From the NCBI GenBank assembly GCA_951406725.2, contig OX597815.1:82956001-83020000 (forward strand): a stretch of 64,000 nt of DNA, read 5' to 3'. Below, piece by piece: positions 24,853 through 39,429 of this stretch. The stretch's first letter is position 1. Each line of letters begins with the position of its first letter. Made by a program: the position numbers and the translations under genes. Origin of the DNA: Octopus vulgaris. Its lineage: Eukaryota. The notes beneath the pieces were generated by a model. It was not told the DNA's origin and did not search any database. It was given only the letters and a program-made list of their open reading frames with translations.

Positions 24853-25324
24853 GTAAATAATATATATATATATATTCCTCAGTAATATGTATCACTATAC
24901 TCTTGAGGTAAGTGATTTTAGGTAACTCGTAGTCGCACGGACGCAAAGAGACACGTGACCACATATACATAGATACACTCTTTCATTTATTTGTCGTTAA
25001 TCGATTGACAGAGGATAATGAGGACAGTGCCTACGAGATCTATGATCGCTTTACTTTATTTAAAATAATCGTTGTCTTTCATGGACTATAACCTTCTCTC
25101 CCCCCCTCTCTCTCTCTCTCAACAAAGTTATCTTTTGCTATAATTTCATGCTCTCACACGTTTGTTTATATTTACAGCGCTTCCTTCGATCTCTCATTCT
25201 ATGTATTCATCTAGTGTGCTTACTGTTCCTTCTCACTCTCTGGTTCTGGTTCTGAGGTTTTCACGTTTTCTGTATTCTTAAAAGATTCGTATTAAAAAAT
25301 TTCTCCTATACTCTAAAATCTTGA

Positions 25325-25710
25325 ATGAGTGGCTGTGTGGTAAGTAGCTTGCTAACCAACCACATGGTTCCGGGTTCAGTCCCACTGCGTGGCATCTTGG
25401 GCAAGTGTCTTCTGCTATAGCCCCGGGCCGACCAATGCCTTGTGAGTGGATTTGGTAGACGGAAACTGAAAGAAGCTTGTCGTATATATGTATATATATA
25501 TATGTATGTGTGTGTGTCTGTGTTTGTCCCCCTTGACAACCGATGCTGGTGTGTTTACGTCCTCGTTACTTAGCGGTTCGGCAAAAAAGAGCCGGATAGA
25601 ATAAGTACTGGGCTTACAAAGAATAAGTCCCGGGGTCGATTTGCTCGACTAAAGGCGGTGCTCCAGCATGGCCGCAGTCAAATGACTGAAACAAGTAAAA
25701 GAGTAAAGAA
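25325..25710 (+). mobile_element. SINE, same family as 24470
   Basis: Colinear similarity to the 24470 copy. Confidence 0.87.
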
Positions 25711-26410
25711 AGTATATATATAGGAATATATATGTATATGCGTGTGTGTGTGCGTGTGCATGGTTATATATGATTATATTCACATATAAGACATCATATG
25801 ACTTTTAAACTATATATTCACGCCCTTAACATTTCACTAACTTATAAATATTTAAAACATTTGTAGTCTGCATGCAATAATCAGAGTATGTAACCACGTA
25901 CATACACAAAAGGGTAAGTGTGTGACCAATGCTCTATACATTTATATGAGTGTATTTATGAATATGTTCGTATTATATTTCGGGCGCAAAAGCCCCAGAT
26001 ATTTTACAAGATTCTATCAATACCTACAAAAATCAAAACAAAACAAGGAACATGTAAGAGAAATACGAATTAAGGAAGCCACTACGTGAGTAACTACCGC
26101 TTATGTCTGTATCAACTATCTCAACACATATAAGTACTGAACGCTTGAACTTCCGTTGAGCACCGTGTAATCTCAAATAGCCTAGTCCAACATGGAGACC
26201 ACTTATTGTTATTCTTAAGTGGAACGTTTAGAAGTTGCTCTTTTAACCATGAAACCACAGGCAGCATTGTTAGTCAACAAAGGAAAAATGAAATTATAGT
26301 TCTAATAAGAAAGATCCTGGACGTTTCAGACGTAAGTCGTACATCAGAATATACAGAAAAAAATTAGTGGAGAAAAAAATTAGGAGGAATAATCATGCAA
26401 GACAGATAGT

Positions 26411-26450
<40 letters not shown>

Positions 26451-27136
26451 AGAGAGAGAAAGAAAAAGAGAGAGAAAAAGTAAAGAGAGAAAGAAAAGAG
26501 AGAGAAAGAGTAAGTGACAAAGGGAGAAAGAAGAAAACAAAAGAAGCGTTAGAAGATAGATGGGACTGTGGTTTTACAGCGGTATTCAAGAAGGGTGGAG
26601 AGTCAGGTATGTATGCCCAAGAATACAAATGTATCCGTGTCTATAGGTGGGCATACGTTGGATAGATGTTTATGTAGTTTTTTGATGATTTAGTGTATGT
26701 GCGTAGATGTGTGGAAGGTGTTTTTGTTTATATAATCATTAAATGTGAGTGAGAAAAGCACAAGGACGTGACTTCGGGAGTGAGCACAAGTATGATGATA
26801 AAAGTGAAGACAAGAAAAATACAGAGGGTGTGACAAATGTGTGTGTGCAAGGATATACCTGTAAGACGCCTTTAAACGGAAAGAAGTTTTGAATTAAAAT
26901 ATGTATACAGTGACAAAAAAAGAAAACACGTACAATACTCAGATTTTTTAATGAAACAATTTTAAAATTAACCTCATTTTTTTTTATATTATCAATGTCA
27001 TTAATCATAATAATTCATTTATAATAACTATAGTAAAACTTTTATCGTAGCTTCTAATTTTTTTCATGAACATAAATGAATATTGTACATGTTTACTGTT
27101 TACATAACTGTACACCTATTTTTGCACCATCCCTAT

Positions 27137-27237
<101 letters not shown>

Positions 27238-27273
27238 AGACGGAAAATTTAATATTCGCGAAACTTTATTGCG

Positions 27274-27366
27274 TACAACGATCGTTTCGACCCATCCTGC
27301 ATCGATCCCTGACAGTATTGTTGTGGTGTATATTCCTGCTCCGGTGCAGAAGCGTTTCATCGGGTG
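27274..27366 (-). ncRNA. Decayed type I hammerhead with long stem II
   Basis: Minus strand: cac CCGATGA ...ttctgcaccg...cgatgcagga... GAAAC gatc GTT gt. Confidence 0.5.
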
Positions 27367-27465
27367 ATTTTAGGAGTGTTTGTTAAATAATGCATGTAAG
27401 TATATATACATGTTTGTGTGTGTGTGAGTGAGTGAATGAGTGTGTGTGCGTGCTTGTGTGTGTGT

Positions 27466-27500
<35 letters not shown>

Positions 27501-28264
27501 TATGTGCATACAGTAATTGGGCTGCCATCACCGTAAAAAATATTTTCCATAGTTTCCAAAATTTTACCTGCAGTCTTTGCATAAAAACTTATAATAGCAA
27601 TAAGATATTGTTTTACTATGAGAGCCTAAAGAAGTACAATTAAAATAAGGTAAGAAATGTAATCTGAAGAGATTGACTATGTACGCTATTCCATGGAATT
27701 ATTTGACTTGGGGTTTCGCCTTTTCTATTCTTACATTCTCAAGCTTTCTTTTAATATCATTGACATCCTCACGGTTACACACACTCAGTATTTGATATAT
27801 GAAACACAGCATACGAAACTAGAAATAGGCACACAGAAAACATATATACACGCACGCACAGAAATTCAAACAAACTTACGCACAAACCGGATTATAGAAT
27901 ATAAATTTCCACACGTCTTTACATCAAACGGGAATTGAAAAGATAAATATTAAAAAAAGAAAAAAATAAATAAACAAAAAGAAAGACAATATTCGGAAAT
28001 ACTATCATTGTTATCAGTTTTCCTTCAGAATCTAAGTTAGAGAAAAAAAAATAATAGTAAGATAATGAAAATAAAAACGATCGTCAAAAAACACCAATCG
28101 CTGCAGTTCAAATAAATAAAATGAAAACAAGAAAAATGCTTGAAATATTTTACCAAAAACGCACCTGTTCTGAAGAGAAAAGGGAGGAGCGAAGAGGGGT
28201 CAAGTTACTAAGAGAGATATCACAGATATATTACTAAATAAGGAATAATTTAATATAATATTTT

Positions 28265-28455
28265 GTAGTATCTGGGGAGTGTCATTCTGTTTTAATGCCT
28301 TATTAATTAATACACACACACCGGTTCAATTTCTACTCTTTTACTTATTTATTTATCTTTTGTTAAAAACAGAATGACTCTCCGCAGGCACAACAAAATA
28401 TGCTTCAACACACGAATTTGCATAAAGAATCTTGCAAACCAAATACAAAAACAAA
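28265..28455. repeat. Dispersed repeat with internal inversion, same family as 34070-34330
   Basis: TCTGGGGAGTGTCATTCTGTTTTAA versus TTAAAAACAGAATGACTCTCCGCAG; ATATGCTTCAACACACGAA is the reverse complement of 34129-34148. Confidence 0.7.
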
Positions 28456-28612
28456 ATGAATATAATATATTATAATATAATGTAAGTGAAAACCTAAAGA
28501 ATTTAACAATAGAAACGTGAAAAATTTTGCAATATATATAATAACACATGCAAAAATTCAACTACGGCAATAATTAACTCTGCATCTATCTTCTTATCAA
28601 TCTCTCACTCTC

Positions 28613-28677
<65 letters not shown>

Positions 28678-28687
28678 GTATATTTCT

Positions 28688-28727
<40 letters not shown>

Positions 28728-29150
28728 CTGTATGTATGTATGCACGTTTGTGATTGGCGTATATAACTATAAATATATATATATGAAGAATTTCGATGTA
28801 AACTATATATGGGCATATTTATGTTCGTATTACTATGTTAACAAGCACAAGCACACACACTCATGTATGTAAGTGGCTATGTATGTATGCATGTGTATAT
28901 ATCCTTTGCGTGTAAGCATCTACGTACGTACAAATGTATGTATGTATATATGTATGCTTTTATGAACACCCACATACATGCACGTATGCTCATACATACA
29001 TAGCTATTTTCTTCTTAGGAGGGAACGAGATGAAACCGCAGTGAGAATTAAAATTAGAACTGCAACTTTTAGCATTATTGGAGGCTAAATATTTAATATG
29101 GCGAATCTCGAGGGAGAGTTGACGGAGAAAACTAGGATGTGAGAGATACT

Positions 29151-29188
<38 letters not shown>

Positions 29189-29528
29189 GAGGGAGAGAGA
29201 GAGAGAGAGAGATATGTAGGAGGGGAGGAGAGATAAGTGCAGTGAATATTCTTGTAAAAAAGAGAAGTCGATATCTCAAGAATGAGGTAAGAAATAGAAA
29301 CTAAGGCAATATAATCAATGCAAAATAAAAAAGCAAATAGTGTAAACAGAAATAAACTAGCTGAAAACGTTGAAAAAAGCAAAAGCATGATAGAACAATC
29401 TGAAACTATGGAGATTGCAACACATTTAGTCATTCTAACTACGTATCTCAGATGGAAACAACACTCGCAGAAATCTCTCTCTCCCCCCACAACGAGAACC
29501 AACACAGATTCGTAGTTATGTGTGTTTC

Positions 29529-29586
<58 letters not shown>

Positions 29587-30639
29587 TATATGTATATGTG
29601 TGTATATATATACATATATGTATTTATATATTCATATATAAATACGGATATGTTTGTATATGTATGTGAATGTGTGTAAGCATGTCAGTGTGTAACTTTT
29701 CTTTAACGAAGACTACATGAGACATTCATATAATTACATTTATATGTTTCTTTACTCAATTTCTGTAATTTAAAATGAAGTTTAAACTATATTTAGTCAA
29801 GAAAATTCATTTTGACCCAAATGCATTTATGTTTTGCATGTTTGAATCCCTCATTGGAAATTCTATTTATTCTATACGCATTTGTTTGTTACATACCTTC
29901 ATCAAGTATTTTCACTTCATAAATTGTTAAAACGAAATTTCAACGACCTACTAATTCTTTTAAAAATTCTAATTTTAATGTTATTTCAAGGATACGAATT
30001 CAGCATTTTTCGATCTATAAACCAACCTTCTTTCTTCTTTCTCCCCCACCTTCTCCCTCACTCTTTCTCGTATTCTCTCAAGTATCTATCTATCTTTCCA
30101 TCTACTTACATGCACCGTGACTACTAGATCTCAAAAAACGTTACACAGTTAAAAACGCGTATATACAGGCATACAGGTGTGTGTATGTTTTTTTTTTTTT
30201 GTGGTTTGTGTGTGTAATGTATAAATGTGTGTTTGTGAGTGACTAGATTTTATAAATCATCGTTACACCGAGAGACACGCACGCACCAACATATATTTTC
30301 ACACAGAATAACTTGACAGGTACTTCGAAGTTTTCATTTGCTAACGTATCTAATTATGTCTATGTCAGCGTTTGTTTGTTCGTTTATGTATGGAAATATA
30401 CGTGTGTATGAGTGTGCGTGCGTATATACCTGTCTGGAGAAATGTCAGTAGAATTTACAATCTAATCAGATACAAATTCTAGAAGTAATTACGTTAAGAA
30501 AGATCTTTATATAGTTAAATAACTCTAGTTAACAAAATGAGGAATGTCATTCGCTAACTTCACTTAACCGCTCATCACGTTTTCCTCTTCTTATTCTATA
30601 TATTCCAAACACAGATTACTTTTGTATCTACTGATATAC

Positions 30640-30702
<63 letters not shown>

Positions 30703-30798
30703 ATCCAAACAAGAAAACACAAAAAAAAACACAACAACGCGAGGACGTGGAACAAATATAGTATAATTGGACGCTCAGGAAAGAAGGGAAGAAGGAGG

Positions 30799-30833
30799 GT
30801 TTAACGTTTCGGGCGGAGCTCTTCGTCGGAAAC
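30799..30833 (-). ncRNA. Minimal hammerhead-like motif in a pLTR remnant (30697-30905)
   Basis: Minus strand: gttt CCGACGA a-gagc-tcc-gccc GAAAC GTT aaac. Confidence 0.55.
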
Positions 30834-31480
30834 ATAGGAGAAGGAAAGATACAGAGAAGGGAAGACAGAGGAAGAAAATCGCCAACGGTACACACGAGGT
30901 CACATATATATATGTGTGTGTGTGTGTGTGTGTATAGCCCCTTCACACTTCGTTCTTTCCACTTTTTCTCGCTCCCACTCTCTCTCACATTTCTTGGCCT
31001 TCACTTCATTCTCAACTTCCCTCCTCTTTTACTCACTCTGTCCCTTTTCTTTTTTCTTTCATTCTTATCCCTCCCTAATTCTTCAGTCCCTCTGCCCCTA
31101 CCGCTCTCTTCTCTCCTTCCACGTGACCGGTGTTCCACCAAGCCTGACCATCCGTGCAACGTCTGTATTCCTTCCCATGACTTTCATGTATTTGTATTTG
31201 TGTACTATTTTTCCGTTTATTTTTTTCGTCCTTGTTTTCGTATACATCCGTTTGCTTTCTTCCAAGGAACCTTGTATTCTGAGCTTAGATTTTCTTGGGG
31301 CCAGCCAGATTGGAGCAGTCTCGAGTATAACGCCGAAACTGTTGAGAGAATCTGGAACTCGACTGAAGATAGAAAAGTCCGAATGACCGCTCTTTGTTCT
31401 TTTCTGTCCTATTTTGTATCGTCTAACTGTCCGGTTGTTTTATTGTCGCCTGTTACGTTCTTGATCCATTTTCTCTCTTG

Positions 31481-31523
<43 letters not shown>

Positions 31524-31705
31524 TTATTTAAATTCTTTCAGTAAATAATTTTACTATTACAATAAGTAGAATCCTACTGCGGTTCTTGCCCCCAGCCCTT
31601 CATAGACGACTGGCATAATTATACATATCGTAATAGTTTCTTCCTAGTTACATTACTTTCACCTGTGCGTCTGATGAAACTATACTTCTGACTCTAACCT
31701 ACATA

Positions 31706-31746
<41 letters not shown>

Positions 31747-32343
31747 AAATACAATAAGACATTATAATAGTCTATCTATCTCTACATCTATCTATGTATC
31801 TATGTATGTATCTATCTATCTATTTATCTATCTATTATGATATATTCTCATATATTAAACTTGTTATAATATAGGAAGCGAAAACAATTAAAACTAAAAA
31901 GGCAAAATTCGTAAATAAGGGTGCACATAGTACGTGCAATTGCTAGAAATGAGCGCCACACAAAAACACCAACCTCATGAGATATTAAGCGACTGCAAGC
32001 AGCAGGCCACAACATCTTTCTTCTCTGAGATAACCTCACTGAATGAAGTTGTTTGAAAAAGCCCTATCACGTTATTTCAAAATTTAACCAGCATGGTCTT
32101 GTTTCTCGTCAGGAGTTTACACAATTCACTCCGGGTTAAAGAGATAGTTTGTTTCCTATTTGCTCACGAGAGAAAAAGGTTAAACTGTTGAAACCTTATT
32201 TATGAATTTTGCCTTCTTGATTTTAATTCCTATAGACATCTATATTATAATATATTTAAATACTAGTATAATACTGTTATAATATCTTGGCCGCTGAAAT
32301 CTACAAATTTTTTTTCATTCCCTCTCTGCTTATTTTCTCTTAT

Positions 32344-32382
32344 TCTTTTCTGTTGAAGAGCGTGGGTTCGAAACGTAAAAGA
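32344..32382 (+). ncRNA. Minimal hammerhead-like motif (CUGUNGA family)
   Basis: tctttt CTGTTGA a-gagc-gtgg-gttc GAAAC GTA aaaga. Confidence 0.62.
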
Positions 32383-32462
32383 CTTCTTCATTTTCCAGAG
32401 CGTCAAACTAATGCACTTGCTAATTGTTCATACACCTGTCTTCGTCTTTCGTTTTTCTATCC

Positions 32463-32526
<64 letters not shown>

Positions 32527-32576
32527 ATATATATATATATATATATATATATACAAACAAACATACATATATTTAT

Positions 32577-32607
<31 letters not shown>

Positions 32608-32618
32608 CATATATATAC

Positions 32619-32649
<31 letters not shown>

Positions 32650-32663
32650 AACATACATATTTA

Positions 32664-32706
<43 letters not shown>

Positions 32707-33159
32707 TTATAGATTAACTCTCGCACTCACATATACACACTCGAACATACTCACACATACACATTCGCATATAAAAGCAGGCAGCACACGTATGTGTGCA
32801 CGTGTATCAATGCATGTACAAAGACGCAGTGAAATAATTACATTTACCTGTTTCTTCACTCAATTTTCGTAATTGAAACTGAAGTTAAAAATATATTTAG
32901 TCAAGTGAATTCACATTGACCCAAATGCGTTTACATTTCTGCGTGTGTGGATTACTGATTTAAATTTCTTATCTTTTTAAATTTTGCTTTTTTTCCTAAA
33001 TATATTTTCTTACATATGTTCGTGAAGTATTTTTACTTCATAAATAGTTTAAACCACATTCCAACGACCTAGTAATGTTTTAAAAAATTCTAATTTCATT
33101 TTTCGAAGACACGATTTCAGCATTACTTCTGTATATTTCTACCTGCTGCTATGTTGTAT

Positions 33160-33241
<82 letters not shown>

Positions 33242-34145
33242 CTTAGTTTGCTCTTCTGAGTCGCTAAAACACTCTATCGCATATGCATATATGTTTGTAC
33301 ATGCAAATATAGATATACATTTATTAACGTTTATGCGTGTGTACTTATATGCATTTTATGAGTGCATCTGTATTTGATTGTATTTACACGCGTGTGTACG
33401 AGTGTGTATGCACGTGTGAGTGTGTACACATATAAATGTTAATGTGCGTGCGTGTATGCATATTGTCGTGTTGTGTTAAGGCTTACCTGAAGTCAACCGA
33501 TCGTTCCATAAGTCAGTATTTTTTTTTTATTGTAGGTGGATGGCTGTGATGAGAACATTGAAAAGAGGTCCGCTAATTTACATGTTCAATTAATCTAAGA
33601 CGGTTTTTAAGCATTTAAAACATGTTGAAAAGAGATAGGTATTTTTGCCTTATAAATAAATTTAGTTTGTGCTAAAATTTCCTCGCTCTTTATTTCTTTG
33701 GTTGGGGACTGATATTTGATAATTTGAGAGAAATACAATTAGTGAGCTTCTCCATTTGCTTTTTAGTAAACTATCGCCACCACCTACATGTTTCGGCAAC
33801 TATACGGTATAGTACGTGGATGCTGAGCAACTAGGTTATAGGGAAACAACGTGTTTTTCAATACTAAAATTATATGATTCGCTGGTACAGGTAAACCGCC
33901 TATATATTTCTGACTATATTCTTCTCTCAATGCTAGATGTATTCTTGGTGTTCAAGTAGTTTTACACTTATATTAGCGAAACGCCGAGTGGGAATTATTT
34001 TTAAGCTGCAAAGGTGGGACAAGGATATGTCCCGTTTCAGTGAACTGACACTTCAAGGTAATACAAATTATGACACGTTTGAAAGATATTTCGTTTTGGG
34101 ATTTGGTTTGCAAGATTATTTATATGAGTTCGTGTGTTGAAGCAT

Positions 34146-34330
34146 ATTCTGTTGTGTCTGGGGAGAGTTATTTTCTTTTTGTGCCTTATAATGTAACACA
34201 CTCACCGATAAAATGTCCACTTATTTCTTATTTTTATTTTCCTAAAATTTTACCGGTGGAAATTTTACCGGTGAGTGTGTTACATTATAAGGCACAAAAA
34301 GAAAATGACTCTCCCCAGACACAACAGAAC
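34146..34330. repeat. Inverted repeat, ~74-bp arms with ~35-bp spacer
   Basis: TTCTGTTGTGTCTGGGGAGAGT...CACACTCACCG.TAAAAT.TCCAC versus GTGGAAATTTTACCGGTGAGTGTG...CCCCAGACACAACAGAA. Confidence 0.88.
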
Positions 34331-36059
34331 TTTAGAAAGAGTTTTAAATCAATGCTGCAGGGTCCAAAATGCATGAAGTTTCTTATACATATTTAAAGGA
34401 TATACATGTTACTTTCAAATTTAAATTCCATGACAGAATTCCTAACAGTAAAACTAAATGTCATATGAATAGGCAACATTTCACACAACTGGCAGACCAT
34501 ATGTCATCGACAAGATAATGTTTTCAGATATGTCCTACGTTTCGACAAAAACACCTGTCGCAGATATTAAAAGACATTTTGAATTTCTGATGTGAAGAGA
34601 CAAAAAATTGCATATATGAATATCCTTGCCTTGTTTAGTCACCACGATGTCTATCATGACTCATAGGTATTGACCAAGAAAATTAGGAAACGTTGAAAAT
34701 ACGTTGGTGATAGAGGTGACGTGCTTCCCTTTATGTCACCACGACGGAAAATACTGAATCTACATTTTTTCTCAAAGAAATGCATGTTAATTTTACAAGG
34801 AAGCCGTTTACTACAACACAAATGTTTATAAGTTTCTGTGAAAAAGCTTAGAGCTAAGTAGGCTCTACCATTTATTAACCGTGACTGCAAGCTGTGCATT
34901 GTCTATAGCAGGAAATAATTTAAATTTAATTGAAATATCTCAGTATAGCTCACCTCTGTAATGTTATAGTACAGTGCTTACATGAAGATTAAGTGCTGGT
35001 ATAGGTGGAACGTTTTTTTGTTTTTACAATACCTGGATATAGTCAATCTGACCAATCGTTTTCAAGTACAGAAACTAAATAAAATTCATTGATTCAATGA
35101 GAATTTTCATATGTTTGCTTTCCGCTTCCCTCATCAACGTAAAAGTAAATCTTTGTTAAGAAATGTTACTCATATGTCATTTCGGCTCAAGGAGATTATT
35201 CCTCTTTCAGTAAAGGACACTATCCCCAAGAAGTTTTGACATTCATATAAGTCCGGTGTTAAAAACATTTGTTACCTGCTTTGGAAGAAATGAGATCAAT
35301 CACCTTTTGTATAAAAAATCATATCAGTAATGAAGCGATGAAAATTAAAACAAACTCAACTAGTGGCATTACTACTGTATACACCATAGCAGCACAAGAG
35401 GCTGGGGTCAGATATAGCAGGCTCCAGAAATATCGGGAGAAATTTTGTGAATCTCACGGTGTGATTTAACAATTATACACAAGTCACTTGAATGCGTTCA
35501 CTCCGAAATTGCAATGTAGAGGCTGAAGAGCTTGGAGATGTCAAACAAGAGGGCGTGCAGTCTTGAACAACTCCTCATCAATAAAACTGTGCTTAACGTT
35601 GTCGAAACCTGGCTAGGTTCTTAGAAAGCGCTTGATTCTCTTTCAAATTCAAGGATTATAGAGCCACTCCCCATTGCTAAAATTTTCTATATCTAGTGAC
35701 ATTAAAAGGCTGACAATATGGTCCATAGAGCTGTTGCTAAGAGCCGATGCTTCCGTTAAATTCATTGAGAGAATTAGACTCGTAAGAATTATTTTAGTGT
35801 GGCAGCTCATCCGTAATGCATTTTGTACTAATAGTGAACTCCTTTTCTGTTTTGTTAAGGAAATAGAGAACTGCATAATAGTAACTGTAGATGGAAGATT
35901 AAATTCACCAAAAATATCTTCCTTTGATGACTTTAATCTATGTTGAGTAATACTCATGACACCAAGAAGCAGTTAGAACGTCACATTTTCACGAGACTTA
36001 GGAATGAAATTTGGACTGAGTGAGTGATCACAGCTGGCAGTCAAATGAGGAAAGGCTGT

Positions 36060-37560
36060 CGACCAGGCAAGGAATATGAATATCAATGGCCTGCGTATCT
36101 CCCCTATCACCAGTGATAAATGTTACAAATTCTTTGGAATCGACGTGTATACTGCATATGTTGGTGCTAAAGCAGAAAAAGAACATTTCCGCAAACGTTG
36201 GAAGGTTTGGAAGTCAGAGAAGTGTACATGCAATTAAACTTTACCCCCACAATTTTACAGTGTGCTTGTGATAGTATCAATGTTTAGGATATTAGACTGG
36301 ACACTTGATGAAATCTGCGACCTGGACATCTGGACTAGCAGGAGACAAACGATGATAGGTAGCGTGCACATCAACGATAACAGTGACTGGATCTATGTTA
36401 AACACAGGGCGGGTATATTTAGAGATGACAGATCAGTCAATACGGCGTTTGAGTGCCCCAATGTGTCACTTGAACAACACTGAGAAGAAAAGCAGAGTGG
36501 TGTACGTTATGTGTATACTGAACAGCGAAGTCAATAAAATCATGAGATTAGGCGAAGAACTTGTACTCCAAGTTAACAACTTCTCAAGATGGCTGGACTA
36601 ATCTATTTAAATAGAGACTTGAAAGAAAAATATTCATGATACCAGCAGAAAAGTATGCATGAATGCATATCCCGCAAGTTAAAGCATGATAGCAGTGATG
36701 CGTACATTATATTTCACGGAAAAGACTATGCTATTTGCATCCAACAAACAAAAGATAGCAACAAAATATCTGATCAACAAACGAGAGAAGAGTGCTTCTG
36801 AACCTCCACGTTGTTATAGAAAGTGCCGATTGTGCGATACTAGTGTAGAACATATCACGCATATCTTCAGTAGCTGTCGAAAAATATGCACAAGATATTA
36901 CCCTTCTGTGAGCGGTGATATTATCGCTACCATGCAATACGCAGGAACGATAACCCTGACACCAGATATTACCCTTCTGTGAGCGGTAATATTATCGCTA
37001 CCATGCAATACGCAGGAACGATAACTCTGACACCAGATATTACCCTTCTGTGAGCGGTGATATTATCGCTACCATGCAATACGCAAGAACGATAACCCTG
37101 ACACCAGATATTACCCTTCTGTGAGCGGTGATATTATCGCTACCATGCAATACGCAGGAACGATAACCCTGACACCAGAACAGAAATTATCCACACCTTT
37201 ACACACGAAGAATATTTGCAGAACATTCTAATGAAGTCTGCAACCCGTCATAAACGTAACAGTACAGATTTAGTTGAATGGGAGAGAGAGAGGGCAAACT
37301 TTATCCACCGATATGAATATACCCTTCAAAAATTGGAGACGAGACGATCTATAGATAATTGATGAAATCCCTACAGTTTCTTACATCCAGGTTATAGATT
37401 TTCATTTGTTCCTATTATCGTAGGTGCATTGAGATCCATAACAACAGGCCTGCTTAGAAATCTGGAATTACCTAGGTTCCTCCCGAGAAAACACAGCAGA
37501 CTAACTCATTTTCTCTAGATATAGGTGATCAGAGGAAAGGTGAATATTCGAGAAACAGAA
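36060..37560 (+). mobile_element. Old, heavily decayed R4/Dong-type LINE
   Basis: Fragments YKFFGI, DWIYVKHRAG, IATKYL, KCRLCDTSVEHITHIFSSC and FVPIIVGAL in the expected order. Confidence 0.65.
36893..37179 (+). repeat. Minisatellite, 4 x 71 bp
   Basis: CCCTTCTGTG at 36901, 36972, 37043 and 37114. Confidence 0.95.
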
Positions 37561-38272
37561 AATAAAATAATAATCCGGATATCTCAGTTTGAAGCTTTTG
37601 AGTGACAGTTTATATAAGTATTTTGGGACAAAGCAAAGCAAGAGGAGACACATGGGATAAAGTGTTGCTGAAGAGGTCACAGGACGTGCTACAAAAGAGT
37701 TAGGGTTAGGGTGACATAAATATATGTAGACACATGCATAAACAACAGTGAAATATACATTACTCACACAGCTTATCCACACACCCTCACATACATACGA
37801 CACACACGAATACATGCATACATAAATCTACACAGGTACGGTCTTGATCTAAGGAAAGAACAACATACCTCTGTATAAGTGACCGGTCTGAATTCTGCAA
37901 AGAACACAAAATGAAAATAAATTTCGAAGAAGCCAACCGCATTTTCTAACATAAAATTCGAATTTTTCGAATTAAAATTTGAAGGTAATAAAGGTAAGTT
38001 GACTCAAACCGGGAAGACGACATTCCAGGACGAAAATTTCCTTGTGTAATGCGGCACAAGTAGTGACAATGTTTGAATGTTTATACTGCATAGTCACAGT
38101 ACGTCGACTTGTATGCCGGAAAATACGGTACCTACCTACCTACCTACATACATACCTACATACATACATACATACATACAAACATACATACATACATACA
38201 TACAAACATACATACACACATACATACATACATACATACATACATACATACATACATACATACATACATACA

Positions 38273-38303
<31 letters not shown>

Positions 38304-38795
38304 GCGTATGGGATTGTAAGCGCTTGTGAGAAATATGTTATTGTGGCACTATGAACAATTCTAAAATACTTTTATGATTATATTGCATGGATGTATGTGG
38401 ATGTAGGTATTCATGCTAAATTGATATTATTCTAATATTAATGTTTGTATTTCCTTAGTTATTTTGCATACATAACCTTAGATGTTTATTAGATTTCACT
38501 ATAGCCACACTTTCTTATATCTAACATTCTGTTAATACACCGTAATGATATAAGAAGAAATATTTCTCCTTTTCTCTTCACTGTGAGTGTATATATGTAC
38601 GTGAATATAAGTACACATACCTACATAGGAATGCACGCTCAAAACCACACACATATTTATCTATATATTTATATCTATCTATCTCTTTATCTCCCCTCTC
38701 TCTCTTTCTCATTCTTTCTCTCCCTCATTTGTTCTCTATCTCTCTCTCTCTCTCTCGATATATATATATATATGCGTATTATGCAATAATGTATT

Positions 38796-38841
<46 letters not shown>

Positions 38842-39379
38842 GTATTATGCAATAATGTATTTCTCATGTCAGCGAAAGATCTACAATATATAGAATACTA
38901 TAAAGAAATGCATATCTATATATCCATGTTTTTTCAAGAGGACTCTTTGCCTAATTGAATCAATGTGGCACCAATCGGAAACTGAAAACAAACGATTGAG
39001 GCGATTCGTAGAGTAACAACTATATATGGTGTAGCACTCAGCAACTTTCGAATGAAACCTATAATTGAGAGTTGAATTTTTTACAAAGGAACTATCGTCA
39101 ATAAACTTTTGTTGTTTACTGTAAATTTTCGAAATCCCAGGCCTCCACTTCAAATCTATTATTAAACTCCTACTCTAAACCACTTTAGAATTTCTTACTA
39201 CAATGAAATATATAATGTGCATCCAATGTTATATACTTTCTTGTAATTCTAATAAATATGTCAATAACACACCTGCACACAATCAGATGTTCATTAATGT
39301 ATATGTGTATATGCTATCTTTCCTTTTGTCTTTCTACGTCTCATTTTCTATCTCTGTCTCTCTCTGTTTTTCTTTCTTC

Positions 39380-39429
<50 letters not shown>

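Noticed and set aside
26316-26350. Minus-strand CTGATGTAC-GAC-TTAC-GTC-T-GAAACGTC hammerhead-like motif
   Set aside because: The core is altered and stem I is absent; too weak to call.
31320-31390. GAAAC and CTGAAGA motifs (a similar arrangement occurs at 7480-7515)
   Set aside because: The order and pairing do not close a hammerhead of any topology.
35050-35990. Possible decayed DNA transposase on the minus strand (similar hint at 9540-10600)
   Set aside because: Only faint motif hints and no TIRs identified; a translated homology search is needed.
38774-38867. 27-bp direct repeat flanking (TA)n, resembling a target-site duplication
   Set aside because: No inserted element lies between the copies; a slippage duplication is the simplest explanation.
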